DNA from: an uncultured virus (IMG/VR IMGVR_UViG_2838022645_000001)
Taxonomy: Duplodnaviria; Heunggongvirae; Uroviricota; Caudoviricetes
Reading direction: 5' to 3' (one strand)
DNA length: 20,000 nucleotides
Virus record (IMG/VR): IMGVR_UViG_2838022645_000001
The position numbers were made by a program, and so were the translations under genes. Numbering within the stretch: position 1 is the stretch's first letter; every line of letters starts with the position of its first letter. Below the pieces are notes generated by a model. It searched no databases, was not told where the DNA came from, and saw only the letters and a list, made by a program, of their open reading frames with translations. This document shows positions 7,997-15,860 of this stretch, piece by piece.

Positions 7997-9391
7997 ATGT
8001 CGACTCTGCAACTTGGTAGGGTGCCAAATCAGGCGCCCATTTCCATACCGGCGCGAGGTTACCGGCTTGGCGTCATCGGCACGTCCCTCGTGCAGCATAA
8101 TGAGAACGGCACATTTAGCCCGAAGATCTCCCACTGGTCACGCGGCTGGTTGTCTTGGGCGCGCTTCTATGCTGGCCGCCTATTCTCCTGCCCGATTTGG
8201 TGGGATAGCACTGTTTATGTCGGTTGGGAGCCTTCAGGAGTAGGTGGCGCGACGCGCTATTTTCAGGGCCTCAATGCAGGTGTCAGCGGCCAGACCTATG
8301 CGCAGATCGAAGCGCGCAAAGCGTATCTCGCTACCAAAGTTGATTGCGACATCATCATTATCGATGACGGCACCAATGACATGGGGCCCCAAACGAAAGA
8401 AAGCATCCAAGCCGCTCGCGAGGCGCTTGCAAGCTACTACCTGTCTTTCGGAAAAATCGTCATCCTCATGCCCATACTTGCGCGCGGCGTGGGTTCATGG
8501 ACTGGGGGCGGTCCAGAAAGGGCGAAGGCACATTGGATTAATCGCAAGACGCGCGAGTTTTGCCGCACCAAGAAGAATTGTTATTTCTTTGACTGGAACC
8601 TGTATTGGGCTGATTTAGCCTCAACCTACGGTGAACCGAAGAGCGGCTATTCCCCAGACTCCATCCACTTTAACCCGAAGGGTGGGGAATCGGTCGGATA
8701 TGGTTTGGTCCAGTTTCTCGCTACGATTTTGCCAGCCGCACAGAACTTCACGGCATATCCTGATGACTTGTTCGACGCCACGAACAACCCGCTGGGCAAC
8801 GTGTTGACGAATCCGCTCTGCCTCGGCACGACCGGGACGCTCGGTACTGGCGCTACAGGTTCAGTTGCGAATGGAATGCGGGTCGAGCGCTCATCAGGAG
8901 GATCGTCGGTCGTTGCATCAAAGGAAGCGAGATCGGATGGTCTCGGTGAATATGAGGTCATGACATTCACGCCGGCGGGTACGGCGGAAGACCTATTTTA
9001 CTTCCGCACCAACGCAGCTAACACGGCCCTGACGGGTGCCGTGGCTGGCGAGTGGTTCCAAGCCCGCTGCAAGGTTGAGACGAACAACTATGCAGGATTT
9101 ACCGGGGTTTCGTTGCTTCTGAATGATCAGGGCTCAACCTCGATGTCGGCTTACGCGATGGAGCCGTTTAACAGCGGTTCAGCCAACGAAAAATGGGCCG
9201 CACTCGCGCGCGCTGGTTATCTCGAAACGCCTGCGTTCCAAATCGCTGACGCTGCTCCTAACGTTCGTTGGCGGTTGGAAATTCGCTTTGACGCCAATGT
9301 GGCCGGTACGCCGATCGTCAAGTGCGGCGAAGTCGAGTTGCGTAAGGTGTCCGATCCGCGCACTCTCTTGCACTGGTCCGCGCCAGCGTAA
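7997..9391 (+). CDS. SGNH/GDSL-family esterase with a C-terminal beta-sandwich (carbohydrate-binding-like) domain
   Basis: ATG 7997 after GGAGG; block I 'GTSLV', block II 'NAGVSG', block III 'GTND', block V 'DSIH'; 464 aa. Confidence 0.82.
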   Translation: MSTLQLGRVPNQAPISIPARGYRLGVIGTSLVQHNENGTFSPKISHWSRGWLSWARFYAGRLFSCPIWWDSTVYVGWEPSGVGGATRYFQGLNAGVSGQTYAQIEARKAYLATKVDCDIIIIDDGTNDMGPQTKESIQAAREALASYYLSFGKIVILMPILARGVGSWTGGGPERAKAHWINRKTREFCRTKKNCYFFDWNLYWADLASTYGEPKSGYSPDSIHFNPKGGESVGYGLVQFLATILPAAQNFTAYPDDLFDATNNPLGNVLTNPLCLGTTGTLGTGATGSVANGMRVERSSGGSSVVASKEARSDGLGEYEVMTFTPAGTAEDLFYFRTNAANTALTGAVAGEWFQARCKVETNNYAGFTGVSLLLNDQGSTSMSAYAMEPFNSGSANEKWAALARAGYLETPAFQIADAAPNVRWRLEIRFDANVAGTPIVKCGEVELRKVSDPRTLLHWSAPA

Positions 9392-9403
9392 CGCCCATCA
9401 TCC

Positions 9404-9438
9404 AGCCGCCTCGCCTTAACCGGTGAGGCGGCTTTTTT
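9404..9438 (+). terminator. Rho-independent terminator ending the late/lysis transcript
   Basis: AGCCGCCTCGCC-ttaacc-GGTGAGGCGGCT 12-bp stem (one G-U pair) followed by a T tract; lies between convergent genes. Confidence 0.9.
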
Positions 9439-9442
9439 CATT

Positions 9443-9688
9443 TCAGGATTCCAGATAACTGCCGAACCGTAGGCGGCCAGCCTTGGCGCCGCACGCCGTG
9501 CACTTCAGTCGCGCCTCAATCTCGGGGATAAGTGCGAAATCTAACCTCGCAGGCACACTCTGCCGATCGAACTCGCGCTCTGCTCCGCAAGCATCGCACC
9601 TTGCCAAGATCGTCACGTGGTGCGGAGCCACATAGAGATAGCCGGGCGACCATCCATTTATTTCCAGAAATCTGCGCAAGGCCGTCAT
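9443..9688 (-). CDS. Small zinc-ribbon protein, probably SOS-inducible
   Basis: 81 aa with CDAC and CTAC pairs; LexA box immediately upstream. Confidence 0.75.
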   Translation of the reverse strand: MTALRRFLEINGWSPGYLYVAPHHVTILARCDACGAEREFDRQSVPARLDFALIPEIEARLKCTACGAKAGRLRFGSYLES

Positions 9689-9696
9689 CCAGTTAT

Positions 9697-9711
9697 GTTC
9701 TCTTTATGTTC
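9697..9711. promoter_or_regulatory. Alphaproteobacterial LexA (SOS) box
   Basis: GTTC-tctttat-GTTC matches the GTTC-N7-GTTC consensus exactly. It overlaps the -10 region of a minus-strand promoter whose -35 TTGACT is at 9725-9730. Confidence 0.85.
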
Positions 9712-9781
9712 CTGTCTGTCGATTAGTCAATAATCATTCTGGGTCAATTGCTTTTTAAGGTGTTGCTGATGTCATGGCGGC

Positions 9782-10797
9782 ATGACAAAGCCGCCTCGCA
9801 AGCCTTCCCAGCACTTGCTGGGTGACGCGGATGCACCACTCCGCCGCCGGCGCCGCCGGCGGCGCGATCCCGCCCAATCTCAACTGCTTCTCGACCCCAT
9901 GCCGGCGCGCGTCGCTCCTTGTCTCGCGCTCCTCAAGCCGCGGCCGCCGAAAGGTCCGCAATGGGCATATGAAGTAAAATGGGACGGCTACCGCCTGGCC
10001 ATCCACATTGAACCTGGCGGCGTCCGCATTCTGACGCGCGGCGGCCATAACTGGACGGACCGTTTTCCCGCCATCGCCGCCCAGGCAAAGCGTCTTCCTG
10101 TTTCGACGGCGATACTGGACGGTGAGGCCGTCGTGTTTGACGAACTGGGCCGGTCGGATTTCGGCAAGCTTCAGCAGTCGCTCGGTGGCAAGGGCGGAAA
10201 GCGGATATCGTTGGAGTCGGTCTTAATGGTCTTCGATGTCCTCTATCTCGCCGGCGCCATCTCCTCGAGGGGATAGTGCCGCCCGGCGGGGAGGAAGCTA
10301 TTCGCCTCTCCGAGGAGATCGAAGCGGACGGTGAAACGCTTCTGCGCATCGCCTGCGAGCATGGGCTTGAAGGCATCATCGCCAAGGATCGGAACAGCAC
10401 CTATCGCGGCGGTAGGTACGGCGACTGGCTGAAGATCAAATGCATCCAGAGCGACGGCTTTGCCATCATTGGCTATCAGAAATCTAGCTCGGCGTTCGGA
10501 AATATCGGCGCGCTGCTGCTTGCGGCGCGAAAGGACGGGAAATTGGTCTACGTCGGATCGGTCGGGACGGGCTTTAAGGCAGACCAGGCAATGCAGCTGC
10601 GTGCAACCATGGACAAGATGAAGGTGTCAGCGCCAGCGGTTAGGTACACTGGCCGGCGCAAGAACCTGATATGGATTAAGCCCACTCTGGTCGCCGAGAT
10701 CGAGTATCGATCCTGGACGCATGACGGCAAGCTACGGCATCCGTCATATAAGGGTCTGCGGGATCCAGCGGATAATTCTGCCATCTATGAATTTTAG
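9782..10797 (+). pseudogene. ligD: ATP-dependent DNA ligase (LigD ligase-domain type), frameshifted near 10250
   Basis: Motifs I (EVKWDGYR), III (LDGE) and IIIa (VFDVL) lie in ORF 9782-10276. Motifs IV (EGIIAK), V (WLKIK) and VI (LRHPSYKG) lie in a different frame that ends at 10797. The usual 'DG.DL' segment after FD.L is missing. Confidence 0.85.
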
Positions 10798-10815
10798 GTT
10801 CCTGCGCCACATTCG

Positions 10816-10828
10816 TTGACAAATTTGT
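10816..10828 (+). promoter_or_regulatory. Putative promoter -35/operator (TTGACAAATTTGT), copy 1
   Basis: TTGACA overlapping the perfect palindrome ACAAATTTGT in an AT-rich intergenic gap; identical copy at 18820. Confidence 0.65.
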
Positions 10829-10900
10829 ATGTTTACATGAAAGTGATCTTGCTGAGGTCCACCAAGCCTCTGCTTCCCATTCACCACAGAGGAGGCGCAG

Positions 10901-11611
10901 ATGAGATTCTACAGATATGCGGCCGTAGCCGTTCTGACATTCGCAATCACCATGTTCGGTGTCGTCGCGCTCGCCGTGCCGAGCCAGCCGGTCTATACCA
11001 CGGTCACCAATACGATCGTCCAGGCGCCGGCGACCACATCCGAAGATTCGTCCATCAAGATTTCCGTCGGCAATGGCCTCGGCTCCGGCGTCCACATCGG
11101 CGGCGGCAATATCGTGACGGCGGCACACGTCATCGACGACGCCAAGACGGTCAAGATCAAGACCAATGCCGGCATCGAGAGCGATGCGACAGTGCTCTGG
11201 GTCAACAAAGACTACGACATCGCGCTGATCCACACCGACGGCAACGTCGCCGGTTCCAGCGAGCTTGATTGCCGTGAGCCGCGATTCGGCGAGCAGATCC
11301 AGGCCGTCGGCAATCCGCTTGGCATGGAGTTCATCGCGTCGTTCGGCAGAGTTGCCGGTGCTGGCCGCCAGCTAGGCAACTGGAAGAGCGTTGTCGTAAC
11401 TGACATGACCACGGTCATGGGACAATCAGGTGGCGGCATCTTTGCAAATGACGGCCGCGTGGTCGGCATCAATGTCGGCGTTACTCTTGCGCCGCTCAAG
11501 TCCGGCAAGGATGCAGCCGGCGCCGACACCTACACGCCGACCATGACCGGCTTCGGCTTCGTGGTTCCGGCTTCGGTTGTTTGCGATCTGCTGGCGCGGA
11601 GGGCTTCGTGA
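10901..11611 (+). CDS. Exported trypsin-like (S1/HtrA-type, no PDZ) serine protease
   Basis: N-terminal signal/TM; 'GSGV', 'TAAHV' (His), 'DIALI' (Asp), 'GQSGG' (Ser). Confidence 0.9.
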   Translation: MRFYRYAAVAVLTFAITMFGVVALAVPSQPVYTTVTNTIVQAPATTSEDSSIKISVGNGLGSGVHIGGGNIVTAAHVIDDAKTVKIKTNAGIESDATVLWVNKDYDIALIHTDGNVAGSSELDCREPRFGEQIQAVGNPLGMEFIASFGRVAGAGRQLGNWKSVVVTDMTTVMGQSGGGIFANDGRVVGINVGVTLAPLKSGKDAAGADTYTPTMTGFGFVVPASVVCDLLARRAS

Positions 11612-11751
11612 TGCGGGCGCTCTTCACCTTTTTCACTGTAACGTGCGGGCTTCTATCTGTTGCGTTTTCAAATGCCGACATGCGCGGCGGAACATTGTTC
11701 ATGGTGTTCTTTTGCGCGCTGTTCGCGTCAATGAGGGAGGCAACCATATGA
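11611..11751 (+). CDS. 46-aa two-TM peptide (not in the ORF track)
   Basis: MRALFTFFTVTCGLLSVAFSNADMRGGTLFMVFFCALFASMREATI. TGATG overlap with the protease stop, ATGA overlap with the next start, GGAGG upstream. Confidence 0.65.
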   Translation: MRALFTFFTVTCGLLSVAFSNADMRGGTLFMVFFCALFASMREATI

Positions 11752-12290
11752 CGGCCCTCTCGAGATACATTGTCGCCAATGTCTGCTGGATTTCGGTCAT
11801 GGTGTGGGCGGCGGTCCTGGGCTTCGTCCAGATGGCATTCCTCGCCGACGCAGCGCACATAAGCTACGTCATCACGGCATTGTTCATCTTCGGCCTGTAT
11901 TCGACAACAGCGCGCATCATCGAAGTCGATAGGCTTTCGACGGCGCTCTCCAAGAAGAGAATTTGGGTCGCCGGCGAGCGGCGCGCCTTGGCCAAGGGCG
12001 CAAGGTTGCTTGCTATCCGCATCGAACATGTTGTCGACGTCATCGAGGGCCTCGTCCTCATCGGCCTGATCGGCAACGCCATAGGGTTTTTCATGGCCTT
12101 CAGGCATGTCGACATATCTGCGATGAAGTCCAGTGACGGAGTTATGGCGAATGCTGCTCATCTCATGGCTGGGACGGGCACAGCGTTCGGTGCAACCATT
12201 GTCGGATGCGTTCTCGCTCTCTGGACGATCCAGAATGGCCGAATGCTGAAGACGGCTGCCGCGATATACGCCGAGGATATCGCGGAATGA
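11748..12290 (+). CDS. MotA/TolQ/ExbB proton-channel family membrane protein
   Basis: ATG 11748 after GGAGG; 180 aa, about four TM helices; 'LIGLIGNAIGFFMAF' and 'AGTGTAFGATIVG' match the two conserved C-terminal helices (GL.GT..G...AF; G...A..TT..G). Confidence 0.75.
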   Translation: MTALSRYIVANVCWISVMVWAAVLGFVQMAFLADAAHISYVITALFIFGLYSTTARIIEVDRLSTALSKKRIWVAGERRALAKGARLLAIRIEHVVDVIEGLVLIGLIGNAIGFFMAFRHVDISAMKSSDGVMANAAHLMAGTGTAFGATIVGCVLALWTIQNGRMLKTAAAIYAEDIAE

Positions 12291-12844
12291 GCAGCGGCAA
12301 GGCAACTTCAATAGGCTTCAGAGACGTTCTTCTGTGCCTAAATGCTGTCCTCGGTGCGCTTGTTCTCATCGTTCTTTCGGCAATCAATCCGGCGGCCAAA
12401 GATGATCCCGCCCAGCTGCCCGGCAACCTCGTCGCCAGCATCGCCTGGCCAGCTGGCAGCACTGACGTCGACTTGTGGGTCCAGTATGGCGATGATCTAG
12501 CCGTCGGCTACAGCCATCGCTCCGATCGCGTTTGGAGTCTTCTTCGCGACGATCTGGGCACCGCGAATGACGATACACCTTTGAACGCGGAATCCGCCTT
12601 CACACGCGGCCTGCCTGATGGCGAGTATGCCATCAACGTTCGCTGCTTCGGCTGCGCAAAGGTGCCGGTGCCAGTGTCCGTCGAGGTGCGGCTGGCCGAA
12701 GGTGGCGTCGTATGGCGCGCCACGGTCGACCTACTCAAGGACAAGCAGGAGCGGACGGCGATCCGGTTTCGTATGGCTGGCGGGCAGGTCGTGCCTGGTT
12801 CGGCGTCGAGTGTGTTCAAGCAGATGAAGAGAGGAGAGGGGTGA
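12287..12844 (+). CDS. Single-TM protein with ExbD/MotB-like TM Asp and a YfaP/DUF2135-like extracytoplasmic domain
   Basis: ATGA overlap with the upstream gene; 'FRDVLL' at the start of the TM; 'W.....DVDLWV', 'RDDLG', 'N.E....RG...GEY.INV'; 185 aa. Confidence 0.65.
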   Translation: MSSGKATSIGFRDVLLCLNAVLGALVLIVLSAINPAAKDDPAQLPGNLVASIAWPAGSTDVDLWVQYGDDLAVGYSHRSDRVWSLLRDDLGTANDDTPLNAESAFTRGLPDGEYAINVRCFGCAKVPVPVSVEVRLAEGGVVWRATVDLLKDKQERTAIRFRMAGGQVVPGSASSVFKQMKRGEG

Positions 12845-13104
12845 TGGAAATAGTGATCGCAGTAGCAATTTGGCTTGGCATTGGCGCGGCTGGCTCCGCA
12901 CTTAGTGTCGAGTTCTTCTGGCGTCGTGGGTCATTCCCTATGGACGTCGATCTGACAGACGTCGGATTCTTCTCGGTGATGGCGATACTCGGGCCAATCA
13001 ACCTGATCATCGGATTTCTTTTCGCACTCGGATGGCTATTTCGGAAAGCTCTCAAGTCGTCTGGAATCGACCCGCAAGCAAAAATCCTCAAGGCGCGCCG
13101 CTAA
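12844..13104 (+). CDS. Two-TM membrane protein
   Basis: ATG 12844 (TGATG overlap), AGGAG RBS; 86 aa, two hydrophobic helices, basic C-terminal tail. Confidence 0.7.
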   Translation: MEIVIAVAIWLGIGAAGSALSVEFFWRRGSFPMDVDLTDVGFFSVMAILGPINLIIGFLFALGWLFRKALKSSGIDPQAKILKARR

Positions 13105-13541
13105 TGACCCCCGCCATCACCCTATGGCTAGCCTTCGTGCTGGCCGCCGGCATTATTTGCTGGACAGCAAATAACAAGCGGCAAGCCGTCGCCTTCCTGC
13201 TTGTCGCACTGGCAACCGCACCCGCAGCATTCATCACGCTCGGCCACGCTGCGCCATGGCAGCCCGCCAAAGGCCACTACACCGTGCTTGGCGCGCGCAT
13301 CGATGTCGACGAGGCAATCTATGTCCTACTCGACGGCAAGCCGGAGCCGCGCTTCTACAAGCTGCCGTATTCCGCCCAGCAGGCGAACAGTCTGCAGAAC
13401 GCGCTTGACACCGCCGAGGCCAACGGCACTGGCGTCGGCATGACAATGGACGGCGATGCGGCAGGCTTTGCCGAAGAGGGCGGCCAGCGAGGCGGATCCG
13501 AAGTGAAGCAGGCTGAGCCGCAAGCGATTATTGGAGGGTAG
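13104..13541 (+). CDS. Membrane protein with two N-terminal TMs and a soluble 'PRFYKLPYS' domain
   Basis: ATG 13104 (TAATG overlap); 145 aa. Confidence 0.7.
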   Translation: MTPAITLWLAFVLAAGIICWTANNKRQAVAFLLVALATAPAAFITLGHAAPWQPAKGHYTVLGARIDVDEAIYVLLDGKPEPRFYKLPYSAQQANSLQNALDTAEANGTGVGMTMDGDAAGFAEEGGQRGGSEVKQAEPQAIIGG

Positions 13542-13542
13542 G

Positions 13543-13869
13543 ATGGATGTGATGATAACAGTCAGAGAGTATGGCTACGGCGAGGACGCAGTTGGCTATC
13601 CGCCTCACGGCCTCGCAGAAGTGATCCAAATTCTCCAAGAGACTTTGATGGAAATTCCTCCGGAATTCCGGTCGAGCGCGGAGGTGGACTACTCGCCTCG
13701 CTACGAATACGGCGAATCGTATGATCGCCTGCGCATCATTTACGAACGTCCAGAAACGGCGGAGGAGCAGACGGCACGCATAACTGCGGAGCGCGCGACC
13801 ATGATGAAATGGATTGAGGAACAAGAAGCGCTCATCCGCCGCCGTAAAGCAGAATTGGAGATCGCATAA
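13543..13869 (+). CDS. Phage hypothetical protein
   Basis: ATG 13543 after GGAGG; 108 aa, acidic, 'YERPETAEE' then a coiled-coil end. Confidence 0.7.
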   Translation: MDVMITVREYGYGEDAVGYPPHGLAEVIQILQETLMEIPPEFRSSAEVDYSPRYEYGESYDRLRIIYERPETAEEQTARITAERATMMKWIEEQEALIRRRKAELEIA

Positions 13870-13870
13870 C

Positions 13871-15121
13871 ATGCCCACACCTCGCCTCAGTGACGAACTC
13901 GCCAAGGAAGCCGCCGACGCGTTCGAAGCGCTCGGCAACAAATCGCAGGCCGCCGAACTGCTCGGCCTGCCGCGCAACACGTTCAATTCGCGCCTGAAGA
14001 TCGCCGCCGAGCGCGGCATGTGCGGCACGAAGCCGGTTCTGCCGGGGTTCCGCATCGCGCAGATCAGCAACACGCCGAACGGCGACTATATCAAGCAGCG
14101 GCCGGAAGCTGGCGCCGAATTCGACATCCCAGCCGGGCATACCATCAAGGGCGTCTCTGCGCTCGTCGACGCGGACGGCCGGACTATCCAGCAATGGATC
14201 AAGACCCGCAACGAATACGCGCCGCAAGACGTCGCCGCCATTCTCAAGGAAGCGTTCGTCGATGTGCCGCCGGCTGAGCCTAGAGCACTCAATACCGTCC
14301 CGACCGACGACCTTCTGACGCTCACGCCCCTTGCGGATTTCCACGTCGGTTTGTTCGCATGGCATCGCGAGACAGGCGCCAATTGGGATCTATCGATCGC
14401 CGAACGGGTAATCGGCGGGGCGCTCGACGAGTTGATCGCCAGAACGCCACCGAGCGGCCATGCCATCGTATTGGGTGGCGGCGACCTGCTCCACTCGGAT
14501 AGCAATGAGAACAAGACGGCAAAGTCTGGCAACGTCCTGCAGGTCGACGGGCGTTACCAGAAGGTGCTGATGACGGCGTGCCGACTGGTCGTCCGCGCGA
14601 TCGACGCCAACCTCGCTAGGCACGGCCATGTTACTGTCCGCATCTTGCCGGGCAATCATGACGAACACGCCTCGGTGGCCGTCGCCTACTTCCTGCTGGC
14701 CTGGTATCGCAATGAGCCGCGCGTCACCGTCGACGTGGATCCGTCGCTGTTCTTCTGGTTCCGCTTCGGGCGCGTCTTATTGGGGGCAACGCACGGCCAC
14801 ACGGTCAAGCTCAAGGATATGGCCAGCATCATGGCCCACCGCCGCGCCGAGGACTGGGGCGCTACCGTGCATCGATTCATTCACGGCTTCCACATCCACC
14901 ACTCGAGCAAGTATGCGACGGAGGGCAACGGCGTGATTTCGGAATCGCACCAGACACCGACGCCGCAGGATGCGTGGCATTGGGGCGCAGGCTTCCTGTC
15001 TGGCCGCTCGATGCAGTCGATTAGCTACCATCGCGAGTTTGGTGAAGTCTCGCGTGTGCGGGTCGCCATGATGGATGCGGCAAACGATAACGAGCCGGCA
15101 GAGCAGAGGAGGGCGGCGTGA
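13871..15121 (+). CDS. Fis-type HTH fused to a calcineurin-like metallophosphoesterase
   Basis: ATG 13871 after GGAG; 'GNKSQAAELLGLPRNTFNSRL' HTH; motifs DFHVG, GGDLLH, GNHD, HGH, FHIHH; 416 aa. Confidence 0.85.
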   Translation: MPTPRLSDELAKEAADAFEALGNKSQAAELLGLPRNTFNSRLKIAAERGMCGTKPVLPGFRIAQISNTPNGDYIKQRPEAGAEFDIPAGHTIKGVSALVDADGRTIQQWIKTRNEYAPQDVAAILKEAFVDVPPAEPRALNTVPTDDLLTLTPLADFHVGLFAWHRETGANWDLSIAERVIGGALDELIARTPPSGHAIVLGGGDLLHSDSNENKTAKSGNVLQVDGRYQKVLMTACRLVVRAIDANLARHGHVTVRILPGNHDEHASVAVAYFLLAWYRNEPRVTVDVDPSLFFWFRFGRVLLGATHGHTVKLKDMASIMAHRRAEDWGATVHRFIHGFHIHHSSKYATEGNGVISESHQTPTPQDAWHWGAGFLSGRSMQSISYHREFGEVSRVRVAMMDAANDNEPAEQRRAA

Positions 15122-15351
15122 GCAAAGCGAAGTTTGCGGCACTTGATGCGGATGGTTGGCTTGAGTTCACGGCCAACAAATCACCCAAATGCCCTCACTG
15201 CGGCGATGACTTCCACATTGCCGACAACGAGGCTTGGTTTCTGTACGACGAAAACGACACCCACGAGGTCGAGTGTCCATCGTGCGAAGAGACCTTCCAA
15301 GTGAGCAGCAGCGCTTCTTGGTGCTTTAGCACCGACGAGCAGGAACGATAA
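15118..15351 (+). CDS. Small zinc-ribbon protein
   Basis: CPHC and CPSC pairs; GTGA overlap, GGAGG RBS. Confidence 0.75.
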   Translation: MSKAKFAALDADGWLEFTANKSPKCPHCGDDFHIADNEAWFLYDENDTHEVECPSCEETFQVSSSASWCFSTDEQER

Positions 15352-15410
15352 CCACCCCTGCCGCCGACCACCAATCGGCGGCAACCAATACCACCACAGA
15401 GGAGACTGAA

Positions 15411-15860
15411 ATGCTGAACAGAAGCGCAAACGCTAAAGCGTATCATGACGCGGGCCTCGTGCCCGCCAACGACAACTATTCCCACGCATCCGCCATCAAC
15501 CTGTTTGCGGCCGACTGCCACGCAGCAAGCCGCAAAGCCGGCTGGTGCACGAACCTCGCGACTGGGCGTGCATTGGACAGAAACGTGCCAGAAATGATGA
15601 TGCTGATCGTGAGCGAAATCAGCGAAGCCATGGAGGGCTATCGCAAATCTACCGGCGGCAAGGTCAAGATGGACGACAAGCTGCCGCACAGGCCAAACGC
15701 TGAAGTCGAACTGGCCGATGCCATGATCCGCATCGGCGATCTGGCAACTTTCCTTGGCTTCGACCTGGGCGGCGCGATCGTCGAGAAGATGGCATTCAAC
15801 GCCAACCGCGAAGATCACAAGATCGAGAACCGCAAGGCCGCTGGCGGGAAGGCGTTTTGA
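15411..15860 (+). CDS. MazG-like nucleoside triphosphate pyrophosphohydrolase
   Basis: 'LIVSEISEAMEGYRK' and 'EVELADAMIRIGDL' (ExxE...ExxD) motifs; AGGAG RBS. Confidence 0.82.
   Translation: MLNRSANAKAYHDAGLVPANDNYSHASAINLFAADCHAASRKAGWCTNLATGRALDRNVPEMMMLIVSEISEAMEGYRKSTGGKVKMDDKLPHRPNAEVELADAMIRIGDLATFLGFDLGGAIVEKMAFNANREDHKIENRKAAGGKAF

Noticed and set aside
9841..9866. Poly-Arg run (eight Arg) from a CGC/CGG repeat
   Set aside because: Low-complexity basic N-terminus of a ligase pseudogene; no evidence of a separate function.
11496..12311. Long minus-strand ORFs (this 271-aa one, and others such as 6595-7194 and 15195-15878)
   Set aside because: Antisense shadows of well-supported plus-strand genes in GC-rich DNA; no motifs or RBS.
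11748..12844. Calling the membrane pair Zorya (ZorAB) or a flagellar stator
   Set aside because: No long ZorA tail, no OmpA-like domain, and no ZorC/D/E or flagellar genes.
15077..15121. A tmRNA gene or tmRNA-derived att site
   Set aside because: The tag-like codons are in frame within a CDS and overlap the next gene; no tRNA-like domain is recognisable nearby.
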